A stretch of 64,000 nt of DNA from Octopus sinensis (GCF_006345805.1 NC_042999.1:80166001-80230000); one strand, 5' to 3'; positions 49,436 through 63,756 are shown, counted from the stretch's first letter. Notes: a model not told the origin generated them from the sequence alone. Numbers and translations: made by a program.

Positions 49436-50035
49436 ATTTATGTATGTATTATGTATGTATGTATGTATGTATGTATGTATCTATCTGTCTGTCTATCTAT
49501 CTATCCATATATATATATATTTGTATGTGTATATATATATATACATACACACACACACACACATATATATATACATAAACGTATATTTGTATTTGTATGT
49601 ATGTATGTCTTTTAGTGGTTCGTTAACCGTATCTCTTTTCAATGCTACATTGCAAAGTAGCATATATAAATAGATTGTTTGTGACAGCTTATATAAGAAA
49701 CAGACGTAAACATTTCACTATTATATAAAATATTTTCAAAACTGAAAAACAAACCTGACTATTTGTCATTCTCTGTTGGGATTTCATCAACAACTTAGCA
49801 TTTTCCATGACTGTTTACGTAAGAAATGCTTATAAACTTACAACGACTAACAGCTTGAGTAAACCGTGTAAATTGTTTGTATTCTTAGCACATATTTCAA
49901 TTAATAAATTATTGATGAATGTCCCCGACGATATTCTGTATAAATACATGGCATTTGTAAGTCTTTACATAGAGTATTGGCTAAAATCTATAGATACTGC
50001 AGTACAATAGAGCACTATAACACCACTGCATAGTA

Positions 50036-50073
<38 letters not shown>

Positions 50074-50235
50074 ACACACACATACGTATACAATATTTCG
50101 GTGAGGGATAATGTGTAATTTATGCATTGATTAATGAAATTTATCGATCAATTATTCAGTTATATTTTCTCTACAAGCCTCGTTTATGCTAGAGATTAAC
50201 CAATAGCTTTTACCAAGATCACTCGACTGATCCTA

Positions 50236-50290
<55 letters not shown>

Positions 50291-50293
<3 letters not shown>

Positions 50294-50450
50294 GAGTGAA
50301 AGAGCAGTGCATGCCATCAAAGTGACACTGGGGTAAAACATACGAAGCCCAGTATACCCATTATAACTACCCGTCTGATAAGGGTACACCAGGCACATGC
50401 ACCACAAACATATGTGTGCGACATGGTGATCTCATATCAAGATTAACAGA
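50291..50450. repeat. Second, inverted copy of the 47270-47745 repeat end
   Basis: gagtgaaagagcagtgcatgccatcaaagtgacactggggtaaa...atggtgatctcatatcaaga. Confidence 0.8.
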
Positions 50451-50454
50451 GAAC

Positions 50455-51260
50455 GTAGGTGTCAGATGAAGAGAAGAGAGGAGGGGAGTCAAATGAAGAG
50501 GTGAGGGGAGTTGAGCCCATGTGACGCAAAGGAGAGAAGAGAGAAGGTTAAAACCTGTTCACGGCGAAGGCGGATGTCAGGATTGCCTCTGTGCAAAGAC
50601 AATCCGAACACGTACAGGTGTTGTAATGAATGACCAGTAGAGCGGAAATGGCGCGAGACCGGGGTGTCATTGCCAAGTCTAATATCTCGGAGGTGTTCCG
50701 CGAACCGGGCAGAGAGAGCAGAGGTACTGTCCACGGAACGTGCACTGGTAAGGGCGGTGTGGATACTGGTGAGGGGATATCCACGAAGGATGAAGTGGCG
50801 AGCCATGAGTTGATACTGAGTCTCAAAGTCATGGTTGTCACTGTAGAGACTGTGCAGGTGGAGGGATTGGAAATAGGGGATGCAACGCTTGGATGGAGAG
50901 TTTGGTGTTTGTAGTGGATGGAGATAGTGAGATCGGAGTTGTGTATATTGACCGAATGTCGAGAAAGGCGAAGAAAGTGTTGGAAATGGTGCAAGAGAAT
51001 TCGAGGGCAGGATGGAAGAATTGGATAAAAGAGAGGGAGGAGTCTAGTTGTTCACGGGAGAGTGAGGTCGCGCCGATACAGTCATCAATACAACGACCGT
51101 ATAGTTCGGGAGTGGGACTGGTGAATCTTGAAAATATTTGGGCCTCAATGTAGCCAACGAACAGGTTCGCATAGTTGGGGAACATTCTCGTTCCCATGGT
51201 CACTCCCGATATAGTTGGTAAAATTCCCCCGCGAACGAGAAGCATTTGAGGGATGCGCAT
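50455..51260 (-). mobile_element. Penelope-like element fragment: RT core plus deleted GIY-YIG
   Basis: GVTMGTRMFPNYANLF, YGRCIDDC (YxDD position), FLDI; then RFAEHLRDIR...VSRHF...REQVL...HGLN. Confidence 0.88.
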
Positions 51261-51861
51261 TTATAAGTATATGTATGTATATATGTGTGTATGTATGTAT
51301 GTATGTATGTATGTATGTATGTATGTATGTATGTATGCATGTATGTATGTAGGTAGGTATATATGTGTATATATATATATATATGTGTATATGCATATAT
51401 ACACATATATGTGTGTAGAAAGAAGGTTGTCGTATATATGTGTATATGTGTGTGTATGTGTATGTGTGTGTGAGTTTGCATGTGTGTATATTAGTGTGAG
51501 TGTATGTGTGTGTGTGTATTTGTACGTGCTCGTGTTTTTGTATATATATATATATATATACGTGCATTGACATGTGTATATGTAGTGACGTACAGAAGGT
51601 CACATATGTTTGTATATGAATACATAATGTATATTGGCTTATATTTGTACATATATAGTTACTCACATATGCTTGTGTGCGTATTTGTGTATATGTGTGT
51701 GTACATACATATTTCTATGTAGATATGTTAGTCGGAGGGTATCACCCTTGAAGCTTGAATATGTGTACTTGTGCGTGAATATGTGAATCTGTGTGTGCCT
51801 CTGTGGGTGTGCGTGTGTTTGTGTGTGTGAGATAGAGAGAGAACGAGAGAGACCAAGATCG

Positions 51862-51902
<41 letters not shown>

Positions 51903-52582
51903 TGCGATACGAAGAGAGAAAGAGTAATAGTTAGAATTAGAGGGAAAGAGAGAGAATGAAGGAGAGAGATACGGGGAAACGACGTTGCGTCTTAGTTTTA
52001 TTCGTTTGCAGTAAAATTGACCAGTTGCCAGTTAGTAAATAGTGGTCATCAACCATCAACCGGTTGGGGCAATGGTAATGATGATTCGTTAGATGAGAGA
52101 GTGGTGGTGATGGTGGCTGTTGTGGGAGAAGGAAATGTTAGCAGGAAAAAGGTCGGAAGAGGTCAGAACAATGAAGAGTTTGGGTGGGATGGCGGGTAGG
52201 CTCAAGCTGAATAAGATGGAATTAAGCAAAGTGACACGGAATGTGTGTTTGAATGTTCGAATGTTTCCCGCTATGTGTATGTATATATGTGAGTGTATGT
52301 GTGTGTGCGTGTGTTTGTGTGTGTGTGTGTGTGTGCATGTGTGAATGTGTGAAGTGGTTTTAGGTTATGGTGCAGCATGGTTTAAAGGCTAGACTACGAA
52401 TAGGCTGCTTGCCAAGTCTTCCACTCCTGACCGTACGGTCAGCTATCGAGCCAAGAAAAGAATCCAAACAAAAAGAAAACAAAAAACAAAAATAAAGTAG
52501 CTATTAAACAAATAAACAAAAGATGTACTATAAAACAAAAACAAGAACAACAGTAATGATGATGATGATGATGATGATGATG

Positions 52583-52628
<46 letters not shown>

Positions 52629-52899
52629 TAATAATAATGATAATAATACAAAGAACGCCAGTATGGGGATTTACATAAAATCGAATGATTAAAAAAGCTG
52701 AAATGTTAGTATACATGATATATAAGTTCAGCGAAAGAAATTAAATATAAATATGCATGCTATGCAGCAGTAAAGCAATGTTGATGATGAGGCAATCTGA
52801 TAGAGATTGATTCTGATAGTGGAGGACCTCTAGCGTTAATCGAAGAACTCACCATCCAAGAACTCCCTGAGTACCAAGAGTGAGTGCTCCCACTAATTT

Positions 52900-53150
52900 T
52901 CGTTTCCCGACTTATAGATTTATATTCTAAACGGTCCCACCCACTCTTGTCATTTATGCTATTCTCAATAAATTCGTTCAAGGACAACACCTTTCATGTG
53001 GAAGCTGAACAGTTCAACGAGGCCTCTATTAAAGAGGCAAGTCTCCGTCCTCATACATTTCAACCACGTCAACCACACAACTCCTCTCGTTTTAGTCACA
53101 AGATAGGGGAAAACTGTCTTCGCTTCGGATAAAGAAGGGCGGTTAGGCAA
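52900..53150 (-). mobile_element. Decayed Tx1-like LINE C-terminal fragment
   Basis: VFPYLVTKTRGVVWLTWLKCMRTET...LVELFSFHMKGVVLER aligns by eye with IFIILVAMAKECIWWTRLKGLETNT...LINFFKYHLKRKVRVER of the 7057-7782 ORF. Confidence 0.55.
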
Positions 53151-54089
53151 TCATCACGATGGACACAGTTAATATTCTAATAGAAAAATAATGGTCTCCG
53201 ATTTCAGTACCAGGTCAAATATTTTGAGGGGTAAATGGAAAGTCAATTCCATCGATCCAGTTACTATTACTTTTTTTTCTCGAACTTGGAAGATTAAAAT
53301 GCTGAGTTGACCTTAGTGGAATTTGTTCTCAGAACATAAAGAGCCAAAACAAATGCCGTAAAGCATTTTTGCTGGAGCTCTAACGTTTCTTTCACCACAC
53401 AAGGAAAAAAAGGCCGGCAGTCATCCAGCAGAATACGTGGCACACAGACTGCCAGCTAAACAGATAACTAAATTTGCTTCTCTTTCCTTCTAAATGCAAA
53501 TGTAGGGATACATTCGTGTCTTTTGTGTATAAAACGATTGCCTGAGGTATTGTCCTTTAGCCATAACGTTGCAACTCATATTCCATGTCACAATATTAAT
53601 TCTAGTTATGCTGAACATTTCTAAGTCTTGTTCAATGAACAAAAACTGCTTCATTGAGGCGTTTTAATAAGATAGGAAAATGGCCATTGATTTAAGCAGC
53701 AGGTTTTTAAAAAGAAGATCCAACTCTATTTGTAATATCTTCGTTTTCCAAGAATTTCAGTACGCTTATTTAATAGGAGTTATCTCCCTTAATTATGTTT
53801 ACGTTTTAAAAACTCATAAAGGGAGTTTTGCTTACTAATTGCAAGGATAATATCTGTTAAATGAAGATTTTTATCTCATTAAATTATATATGCAAACACT
53901 ACGGTATGTGTACTATTAATGTACTATGGTTGATTTGAATGATTCAATCAGAATCCTCATAGTTATTATGGTCATCATATGTCTTTCATTGTCATCATCA
54001 TCTACGCCGTCCTGTACATCGTCGTCGGCAGTAGTGTCATTGAGGCTTGGTCATCGATAAAGTCCTTTCTATTAATTTGATCTAATATC

Positions 54090-54270
54090 GGTTTCAAATT
54101 TTTAGGGAAGTAGGTAAGTCGATTGCATCGATCGCAGTTATCAAATATCGGTTTCCAAAAGACGAAAGGCAAGGTCGACCTCAGCAGAATTCGAACTTAC
54201 AATGTAAGGACGTACGAAATGCCGCTAAGCATTTTGATCGGCGTGCTAATAATTCTGCGAGCTCACTGCC
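54090..54270 (-). mobile_element. SINE family A (old)
   Basis: gtaggtaagtcgattgcatcg...ggtcgacctcagcagaattcgaact...aattctgcgagctcactgcc. Confidence 0.75.
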
Positions 54271-54368
54271 TTGTTTATTTGTCTTATATCAAAACTAATG
54301 TCGTGTTTTATTTCTCATGGCTCCCTGATAAGATATAGCTGGCAAATTATAAAAATCCCCTTCACACG

Positions 54369-54374
54369 CTACTA

Positions 54375-54427
<53 letters not shown>

Positions 54428-54458
54428 ACTACTACTACTACTACCACTGCTGCTGCTG

Positions 54459-54490
<32 letters not shown>

Positions 54491-54509
54491 GCTGCTGCTG
54501 CGGCTGCTG

Positions 54510-54600
<91 letters not shown>
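54369..54600. repeat. Alternating (TAC)n/(TGC)n microsatellite
   Basis: Direct inspection. Confidence 0.95.
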
Positions 54601-54609
54601 AGTGTGAGG

Positions 54610-54935
54610 GAAGTATGGCAACTGTTGTTGCAAAGAAAGTAAAATTAATGGCAAAGAAAAGGAGCGTGTGAACAATTTGCTGTTAGGTGGAACAGAAAGC
54701 TCCTGCATGGCAAATATGTTGATCGGGAGCGCACCCATCAGTGCCCATGAAGCTCAGAGCAGCTAAAGGCAGAGAGCGAAAGTTTCCTCGTAACTGCTTC
54801 AGCTCGAAGCTTATTGATCTGGAATTACCTCGCTAATATGATGAAAGATGGAGCAGAACCAATGTACCGATTCTGCAATGATGAGATTGAAGCAGTGGAC
54901 CACTTAATCTCTGGAAGAAAAGAGTTCAAAGCATG
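54610..54935 (+). mobile_element. R4/Dong-like RLE element fragment (knuckle region)
   Basis: WNRKLLHGKYV...LKAESESFLV...NYLANMMKDGAEPMYRFCNDEIEAVDHLISG matches LHGKY...LKAETEGF...CR.C...ET.DH..SGC. Confidence 0.75.
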
Positions 54936-56154
54936 CGATACTACGCTTTGTACTATTTTTCAAACTCGCTTCACTATAAGCCTAAATCCTGGCGAGGTCA
55001 ACGTTGCCTTTTAAAATAATATAAGATAATATATAAAACAAAGAAATTGTCTCTACTTCAGGTTTTAAGATTGACTTCCAAACGATCTGAAGTCCCTTAT
55101 TTTTACAATAATCATATAAAAACACGTTTTCATTCAGTAACCCTTGATAATGATCCAATTTTCGAAGCAGTCCGAGGAAAAGACATTTACATAAAATACA
55201 TAGTAAATTGTCTAGCATTGGCACGTCGCCTAAAACTCGAGGGAGGATGTTTGCCGATACTACTGACCCCAATATTTGACTAGTGCTTTATTTGATAGGT
55301 TCAAAAGTATGACAAGAAAAATTAATGTCAGGTGGACTTGAATTCAGAATGTAAAAACGCCAGAACAAATACTAACAGACACATTGTCCAACATCCTAAC
55401 GCTTCTATTATTTCGTCTCCCATTTTTGTTTCTACCATAGGCAACAAATGTGGTAGTATGGGTTAGTCAATGAAATTGCTTCAGTACATAACTGATACTA
55501 TATTTTGTTGACCCCAAAGAATGACAAGTAAAGTTGATATCGGTTTTACTGAACATAACTAAATAACATAATACATTTTTCTGGCATTTTAACTTATTCT
55601 GCCGTAAGCATGGAGAATGGAAAGCAAAGCTGATGACTGTGAGATCTGCTCTAAGTACGTTAAAAGGTAATAAAAAAGCCGTGGTATGGATGTATTCGAG
55701 AAAATAAAGTCAGAAAATGACAAAACATTCCACATTCGAGGACACATCAGTATACACAGACAGAAAGATCTAAGTTAATTAGTTATTATTGTTAAGAAAG
55801 ACCAGGAACTATAGTGGCTCCTAATCGACGTAACAGTCCTAAGAGATAAAAGAAAATGTGGAATTATAGTGAAATTATAAAAATGTGAAAATAGAGATAA
55901 TCTGAATGATGCTGCGACAAAACTGATCCTAATAATAATATGATCACAAGCATGCAGACAAATACATAACCAAAACCCCAGAATTGACAAATGTGCATCA
56001 CATGTAAATTTAGGTCTACATATTTAAACATATTTATGCATATTTAAAACAAAAACAACAAGTCAAGGCAAAATATGCACATATTCGAAGCACACAATTC
56101 CGCGTTCGTGAAACCATATAATAAAAAATAGATTAATGAGTAATAAATATTTTT

Positions 56155-56330
56155 ACTGTTGACACAAAGCCTGGAATGTTTGGGAAGGTGTTTTACTTGA
56201 CCTTGTTTGATCGACCGCAAAATGATAAAAGATAAAGTCGATCTCGTTGGCATTTAAGCTTAGAGAGGATGACAGATGGAATGTCGCTAAGCGTCTTGCC
56301 CTGCATGCTAACAATTCTGCCAACTCATTA
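56155..56330 (-). mobile_element. SINE family A (old)
   Basis: gacacaaagcctggaat...aaagtcgatctcg...ctaacaattctgccaactca. Confidence 0.65.
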
Positions 56331-56694
56331 CATTTCTGATTATAATAGTATTAAAATGGGATTCAGTAACACACAAAGTTGTAAAATTAGCTTCAAATTT
56401 ATTTTATGAGGTGTCACAAGTTTTCCTCGAGCATCTGCAAACTGGCCACTAACACAGTTTTACAGTGGAACCGTAGCTAATTTGCAGTTTTACAAACTAA
56501 ATGGGACACCTGAAATAAATTTTAAGTGGTTTTAACAACTCAGTGTGTTGTAAATGCTTAGAATGGTTCTTCCAAAGTCTCAGATAAAGTTACTTGCTAG
56601 ACAGACATAATTAATGAAATGATAAATGAGTCCAGATATAATTATGAAAGACTAGAACAAAACGGCCTTCTAAACAATATTTAGTCAAGAAAGA

Positions 56695-56800
56695 GGTCGA
56701 GAAATTGACAAATTACATAAATCTTGATGCTAAAGTAAGCAGGATGCGGTGCATGAAAGTGGAAGCAATACCAAAAGTCATTGGAGGAAAAAGTATGAGA
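56695..56800 (+). mobile_element. Possible R4/Dong-like RLE remnant
   Basis: KLTNYINLDAKVSRMRCMKVEAIPKVIG resembles K..KY.DL..E..RMW..K...IP..IG. Confidence 0.4.
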
Positions 56801-58860
56801 GGAAAAGTATGAACAAAAATGTAAAAATAATAATCAAACTTGCGAAAGCATACGTTTCACACCGACCGAGAAATATCCTGTATCCTGTGCAAGTCACACT
56901 CAATTCAATACCGCAACTCAACAAGTAAACTCTGCACTCAGCAAATACCATATATACAATGACCACTCAATAAAATAAAGACAACTCTCAAAATACCTAC
57001 TTTACGGAGTCACTACAAAGCAATATAACACACCACATACTCTACGCCATCAACACCCAGTAACAACAAATAGCATTATATAACCAATACTTGGCACTGT
57101 GGCACGCAACAGCACACACATTTCATATTCTACTAAATTGCAACCCATTAATGTAACACAACGTACTCAACTCATACACTACACAATCGATATCTCACGC
57201 TGATACACATGATACTAAACACACAGTAGATACGAAACAAAGTCCACCTAACAAAATAAGCACAAAGTGAACGTTGCGCATATTCTATTTTACACAATAT
57301 TGAAACACTAAAATAACATAAAACCCAAAGAAACACTGCAATAAAGCAAATCTGATGCAGTATACGAAAACACTATTGTACATCCCCTAAAGACAATACT
57401 GTACACACCTTATCAACACAAAAGTGTACCAAGTGGTGCTATAGATACTTGCAAAAATTTGTTGAAAACATAAATACCACGAATGATGATACTAATAATA
57501 TCATTAATAATAATTAAAATAATAATAATAGTAATGTAGATAACAAAGGTGAATGATTAAAAAACAGCACCAGAAATAACAATAAATGTATATGCTCAAT
57601 GAAAATATGCCATAGCTACAAGCGCAGTGTTTTTATGATTAATCTATAATTTATCTCCTATATATGGCTGACCTAAAATTATGTGTACGGCCAATAATAA
57701 CTAGTTCAGGAGCATGCTTCGAATAGAAACAAGAATTAATACATTGTATGCATACTCCCACTCATAGAAAAAGAAAAAAAAACATACAAATAATCAAAAT
57801 ATTAGTTATGTGCCAAAAGCAACATAAATAAATGTAATTTCTAAAAAAAAGTGAAAAAAACCCTCATTACTTATTGATTTACAAATAAGCTTTAGGTTTG
57901 TAAAAGTGTACAAACATACCGCATACATACATATATAAAAGCAAATGTATGCATATTTGTCTATTTTTCGTTTGAAATAACATTTTTTGTCATGGTAATT
58001 GAAAAGTAGTTTCCTGCAAATTTTTTTTTGAGGGAAAAGACTATTTTAACTAAAGATATAATATTTTTATAATATAGATTTAATTAATCTTAGTCAAAAT
58101 AATATAATCTTCTACGATATCAATTCATTTTAATTTGCAAAGTTTTGACACATGTGTAAATATCTTAGATATTTCAATCATCAAATGACATGATATACAA
58201 ACTATAAAATAAGCAGAAACCTCAAAATAACGAAAGCAAATACTGAAAAAAAAAAAAAAAAACAAAAACAAAACAATAATGTTTGTTTATTAGAAACATA
58301 AACAAAATTGATTAAAATAATTATGAAAATGAAATAAGTAAAAGAAATATAGTTCAATCTTTTCCTATTTCTGCACGAAAATACTTGAAATCAATAGACG
58401 TGACATAAAAGTGAATATTTTGGAGTTTCAAGAGTCCTTCATATTTGTGAGCAAGCATGCATGTAAAATCACATTTTGACATATTTTCATGTAAATATTT
58501 TGTGTGAAGTTGTAGGATATGTATTAGAATAGCATTTTAAAAAATGTGGAATCTTAGAAAAACCAGGTGGTAAAGTAAACGAGTAGAATGGAAATAGTAT
58601 GAAACACAAGTAAAAATTCAAAAAGAAGTATAGAAGCGTATGAGTGTATAAAGGTAATTAAAAATATATGTATATATGTATAAGATATGATGCGTATATA
58701 TATACATATATAAATATGTAGATTACTTTCAATTTTTATATATATGTATCTGTGCGTGTACGCACATATCACCCCTGTATATATGTACATGCATATTTGT
58801 ATATTTGTGTGTGTGTGTGTATATATATACACATACATACACAAACATATACATATGCAC

Positions 58861-58900
<40 letters not shown>

Positions 58901-58949
58901 GTGTGTTTGTGTGTGAGTATGCATATATGCATATATACGTATATAGATG

Positions 58950-58993
<44 letters not shown>

Positions 58994-59125
58994 CACACAT
59001 ATATACATACATATATATACATATATATATTACATATATATATATATATATATGCATGTATATATGCATATATACGCATGTATACACACACACACACATA
59101 CACACACACACATATATATATATAT

Positions 59126-59286
59126 AGGCGCAGGAGTGACTGTGTGGTAAGTAGTTTGCTTACGAACCACATGGTTCCGGTTTAGTCCCACTGCGTGGAA
59201 CTTTGGGCAAGTATCTTCTACTATAGCCTCGGGCCGACCAAAGTCTTGTGAAGGGATTTAGTAGACGGAAACTGGAAGAAGCCCGT

Positions 59287-59349
<63 letters not shown>

Positions 59350-59548
59350 ATGTGTTTGTATCTTACCCCAACATCGCTTGACAACCGATGCTTGTTTGTT
59401 TATATCCCTGTTACTTAGCAGTTTGGGAAAATAGACCGATAGAATAAGTACTAGGCTCAAAAAAGAATAAATCCTCGAGTGGAGTTGCTTGAGTAAAGGT
59501 CGTGCTCCAGTATGACCGCAGTCAAATGAGTGAAACAAATAAAAGAAT
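59126..59548 (+). mobile_element. SINE family B, full length
   Basis: aggcgcaggagtgactgtgtggtaag...gaccgcagtcaaatgagtgaaacaa. Confidence 0.9.
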
Positions 59549-59606
59549 ATGTATATACATATAAATACACATATGCATATGTATATAAACATATATATGT
59601 ACATAT

Positions 59607-59655
<49 letters not shown>

Positions 59656-59669
59656 TATATAGATATATA

Positions 59670-61757
59670 TAAAGCCTGAAGCCAAAGTTTTTTGTGTGGA
59701 GTTGGTAGGCAGAAACTGAAAGAAACCCGTCATACCGTTAATGCTTCTGTATTTCATGTTTCTGTATTCCATTATTGTTTTTTGTTTTTTTTATATCTGT
59801 CCCTTTTGCTGTCCTGGTGTTCGTATGCATTCGATCCTTCTTCCAGGAAATCTACGCTTCCAGCTTAGTTTTTCTAATGCTCGTTGCTTAGTTTTTCTTG
59901 GAGGGCTGGCCGTGATCTAGTAATCTCAAGATTAATCAGCCGAAATTACTACGATGATCCGGTTCTTGACTGAAGACTGAGGGTTTCGAGTGTCCTGTCC
60001 GTGTTTATTGTGTCGTCTTCTAAGAGTTATACGTTCTTGTCCATGTTGTACTTTTCTACATACCTTAACATATATTCCAGGCGCCCCGTACCCCCCTTAT
60101 CATTAATGTGAGCACATATTCTTAATAATTGGTACGACTCTCTGTTTGTCTCTCTCTCTCTCTCATTTTTACTTGATCTGTCCCCCTCTCTCTCTTTTCT
60201 CTCTACTCATCCTCTTTTTCTCTTCTCTTTCCTCTGATTCTTTGGTCTAGTCTTCCACTACCCTCCTATTTCTTTGTCTCGCTCTGCACTCACAGGTCAT
60301 TCTTCGACACCCATCCCTTCTCCTCTCTGATTCCTTCTTTCTCTCTCTTCTCTCTCTTTGTTGCGTTTGTCCCTCCTCTCTCTCTCTCTTCCTTTGCTTC
60401 TCTTTCTTTTCTTTTCCCTCTTCTCTGTCACGTGACTGTTGGCCGAAATCTGCCTTTCAGCTCCTGACCCTCGTCGTGTTAACATCGTTGTTTTTCGTCC
60501 GCCGCTATAAGGCTTCTTCCAATGCGCCAGAGAAAAAATTTGTTTGCTTGTTATCAGTCGTAAGACACTTGTTGTTTTCACCGTTAATGCTTCTGTATTT
60601 CATGTTTCTGTATTCCATTATTGTTTTTTGTTTTTTTTATATCTGTCCCTTTTGCTGTCCTGGTGTTCGTATGCATTCGATCCTTCTTCCAGGAAATCTA
60701 CGCTTCCAGCTTAGTTTTTCTAATGCTCGTTGCTTAGTTTTTCTTGGAGGGCTGGCCGTGATCTAGTAATCTCAGATTAATCAGCCGAAATTACTACGAT
60801 GATCCGGTTCTTGACTGAAGACTGAGGTTTCGAGGTGCCTGTCCGTGTTTATTGTGTCGTCTTCTCTAAGAGTATACGTTCTTGTCCATGTTGTACTTTT
60901 CTACATACCTTAACATATATTCCAGCGCCCCGTACCCCCCTTATCATTAATGTGAGCACATATTCTTAATAATTGTACGACTCTCTGTTTGTCTCTCTCT
61001 CTCTCTCATTTTTACTTGATCTGTCCCCCTCTCTCTCTTTTCTCTCTACTCATCCCTTTTTCTTCTCTTCTCTCTCTTCCTCTGATTCTTTGGTCTATCT
61101 TCCACTACCCTCCTATTTCTTTGTCTCGCTCTGCACTCACAGGTCATTCTTCGACACCCATCCCTTCTCCTCTCTGATTCCTTCTTTCTCTCTCTCTCTC
61201 TCTTTGTTGCGTTTGTCCCTCCTCTCTCTCTCTCTTCCTTTGTCTTCTCTTTCTTTTCTTTCCCCTCTCTCTGTCACGTGACGTTGGCCGAAATCTGCTT
61301 TCAGCTCCTGACCCTCGTCGTGTTAACATCGTTGTTTTTCGTCCGCCGCTATAAAGGCTTCTTCCAATGCGCCAGAGAAAAAATTTGTTTGCTTGTTATC
61401 AGTCGTAAGACACTTGTTGTTTTCACCGTTAATGCTTCTGTATTTCATGTTTCTGTATTCCATTTGTTTTTTGTTTTTTTTATATCTGTCCTTTTGCTGT
61501 CCTGGTGTTCGTATGCATTCGATCCTTCTTCCAGGAAATCTACGCTTCCAGCTTAGTTTTTTTCTAATGCTCGTTGCTTAGTTTTTCTTGGAGGGCTGGC
61601 CGTGATCTAGTAATCTCAAGATTAATCAGCCGAAATTACTACGATGATCCGTTTCTTGACTGAAGACTGAGGGTTTCGAGTGTCCTGTCCGTGTTTATTG
61701 TGTCGTCTTCTAAGAGTTATAGGTTCTTGTCCATGTTGTATTTTTCTACATACCTTA

Positions 61758-61816
<59 letters not shown>

Positions 61817-62065
61817 TGTATGTATGTATGTATGTATGTATGTATGTATGTATGCATTTGTGTGTCTATATTTGTCCCCTCACTATCTCTTGACTAACGA
61901 TGTTGGTATGTATAGGTCCCTTAACCGACCGGTTCGGGAAAAGAAACTGATAGAATGAGTACTAGGCTTGCAAAGAATAAGTCCTGGGATCGATTCGTTC
62001 GACTAAAGGTGTTGCTCCATCATGGCCACATTCACATGCCTGAAAGAAGTAGAAGAATAAAAGAA
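59670..62065 (+). mobile_element. SINE family B split by the tandem array (pieces 59670-59734 and 61860-62065)
   Basis: Left piece ends agaaactgaaagaaacccgtcata; the right piece resumes after the microsatellite with the B 3' half. Confidence 0.7.
59735..61758. repeat. A-B-A-B-A tandem array, period about 846 bp (A about 334 bp, B about 512 bp)
   Basis: ccgttaatgcttctg starts at 59735, 60581 and 61426; all three A copies end cataccttaa. Confidence 0.95.
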
Positions 62066-62123
62066 TACATACATACATACATATATATATATACATATAT
62101 ATATAAAAGAATACATACATACA

Positions 62124-62213
<90 letters not shown>

Positions 62214-62299
62214 CGCACTCTACAGGCACATCTATCCTTAATGTAATTCTCAGGTAGAATTAGTGTGTCATAGCTAAGCAAGGCCTGATCTGTTAACAT

Positions 62300-63600
62300 G
62301 ACTATCGAATAGGAGCGATAAAATCGTGATTGGAGAAATTTGCAGAAGAATTTCTAGAGCGTATGGGAAAGAATTAATTATCGTCAAATCAAAATAAATC
62401 AGAACTACAAAATTCTGGAACAACGATGGTAATCAACGCAGCCCCAGTGTACATAATGTTAGTCTCGAAATATTTGTAAATCAAACTGTATCAAGAATAG
62501 CTAGGAAATCATTTTAATCTATGTGAAGAAAAGAAATAGACAAGATTTCTAGACGATGGCTGTATTCTTCGGAAAGAAAGAATAGGAAATTTAAATAAAA
62601 TTTAAAATATTTCTTAAAAGGAAAAAAAAAAATCAATTCACAATAGAACAAAGTTCAGCGAACTACCAATTTCAGCTATTTTAGTAATAATGAAATTAAA
62701 TAAATGAAGTGAGGCAGACTGAAGCAACATTTACACGTTATCTTTGTGATGTGGTATCGGGAATGCACAAGAGTAAATATTCCATTTAATTTAGTCAAGA
62801 AAGCGAAGCACATTTGTATCGAACATAAATACTCGCAGTAAACGAAAACAAGAAATTTAAGATACACTTCATCCTTAATAGTTGGTGGGATACAAGGAAC
62901 GAAGATAATTAATGCTCGGATACTAAAACAGGTAAAACAAGTAAAACAACACAACAAACCTGAAGTGAAAATGTCACCATATGTCTCTACTAACAATAAC
63001 GGCTCCAACACTTTACAAAATATGGAAACAATAATGGCTCCAATACTTTACAAAATATATCCTTGCTAAAAGCAGACGCCTGGATAAATCGAATTCAACG
63101 AGTATATAAATTATAAAATATATATTAAAAGATGGCTTTTATCATTCAAGCGAAAATTAACAGATGATAAATCATACTTAACGATAACAGAATCAATAGT
63201 CAAAAGGTGTGAGAAAACCAGCAGTGGAATAGATCATAACCGATAGTTCAGAGCACCATTTCAGAGAAGAACAATACTTCAAAACAAACAGTGCTTCTTT
63301 CCTGTGCATCTAAAAGCGTAATCTACATAATCATTAGCTCAACTTGTAGAGAGAATTAAATAGGACAAACTAAAATAAGCGTAAGAAAACAAATAACTAT
63401 TTTCAAAGAGAAATTTCGAATTCTGAGTTATGTATAAATAACTCACAGTGGATATATCGATAGATACCTATGCTGCTAATCGTGAATCAAATTAAGAAAT
63501 AATTTCCATTATATTAATGAAATACCGGAACGTATGGATACCAGTAGATCAATAAGTCTACATCTAATTAAAAATATTGACCTCTCTTAAACATGTCCAT
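62300..63600 (+). mobile_element. Decayed Penelope-like element (RT core to GIY-YIG)
   Basis: GTTMVINAAP, RFLDDGC, PYVSTNN, CASKSVIYIIISSTCREN*IGQT (IY...YIG motif). Confidence 0.72.
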
Positions 63601-63756
63601 TTAATAAATCTATATTTATTATTATTGTTATTACCAGCATCATTAATTACAAAGTCATGAATAAATTATAAATGTGTAACCAGTTGATATCACGAAGTTC
63701 CATACATACTACATACATACTACATACATACATACATACATACATACATACATTAC

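Noticed and set aside
52811-52835. DSGGPL serine-protease-like motif
   Set aside because: Flanked by in-frame stops, lacks the preceding G and other catalytic motifs; the adjacent minus strand is Tx1-derived.
59965-60000. Hammerhead in the A unit of the array (ctgaaga...ttcga; gaaac-cctca-gtc on minus)
   Set aside because: Neither strand has both core boxes with a paired stem II; at most a decayed relic.
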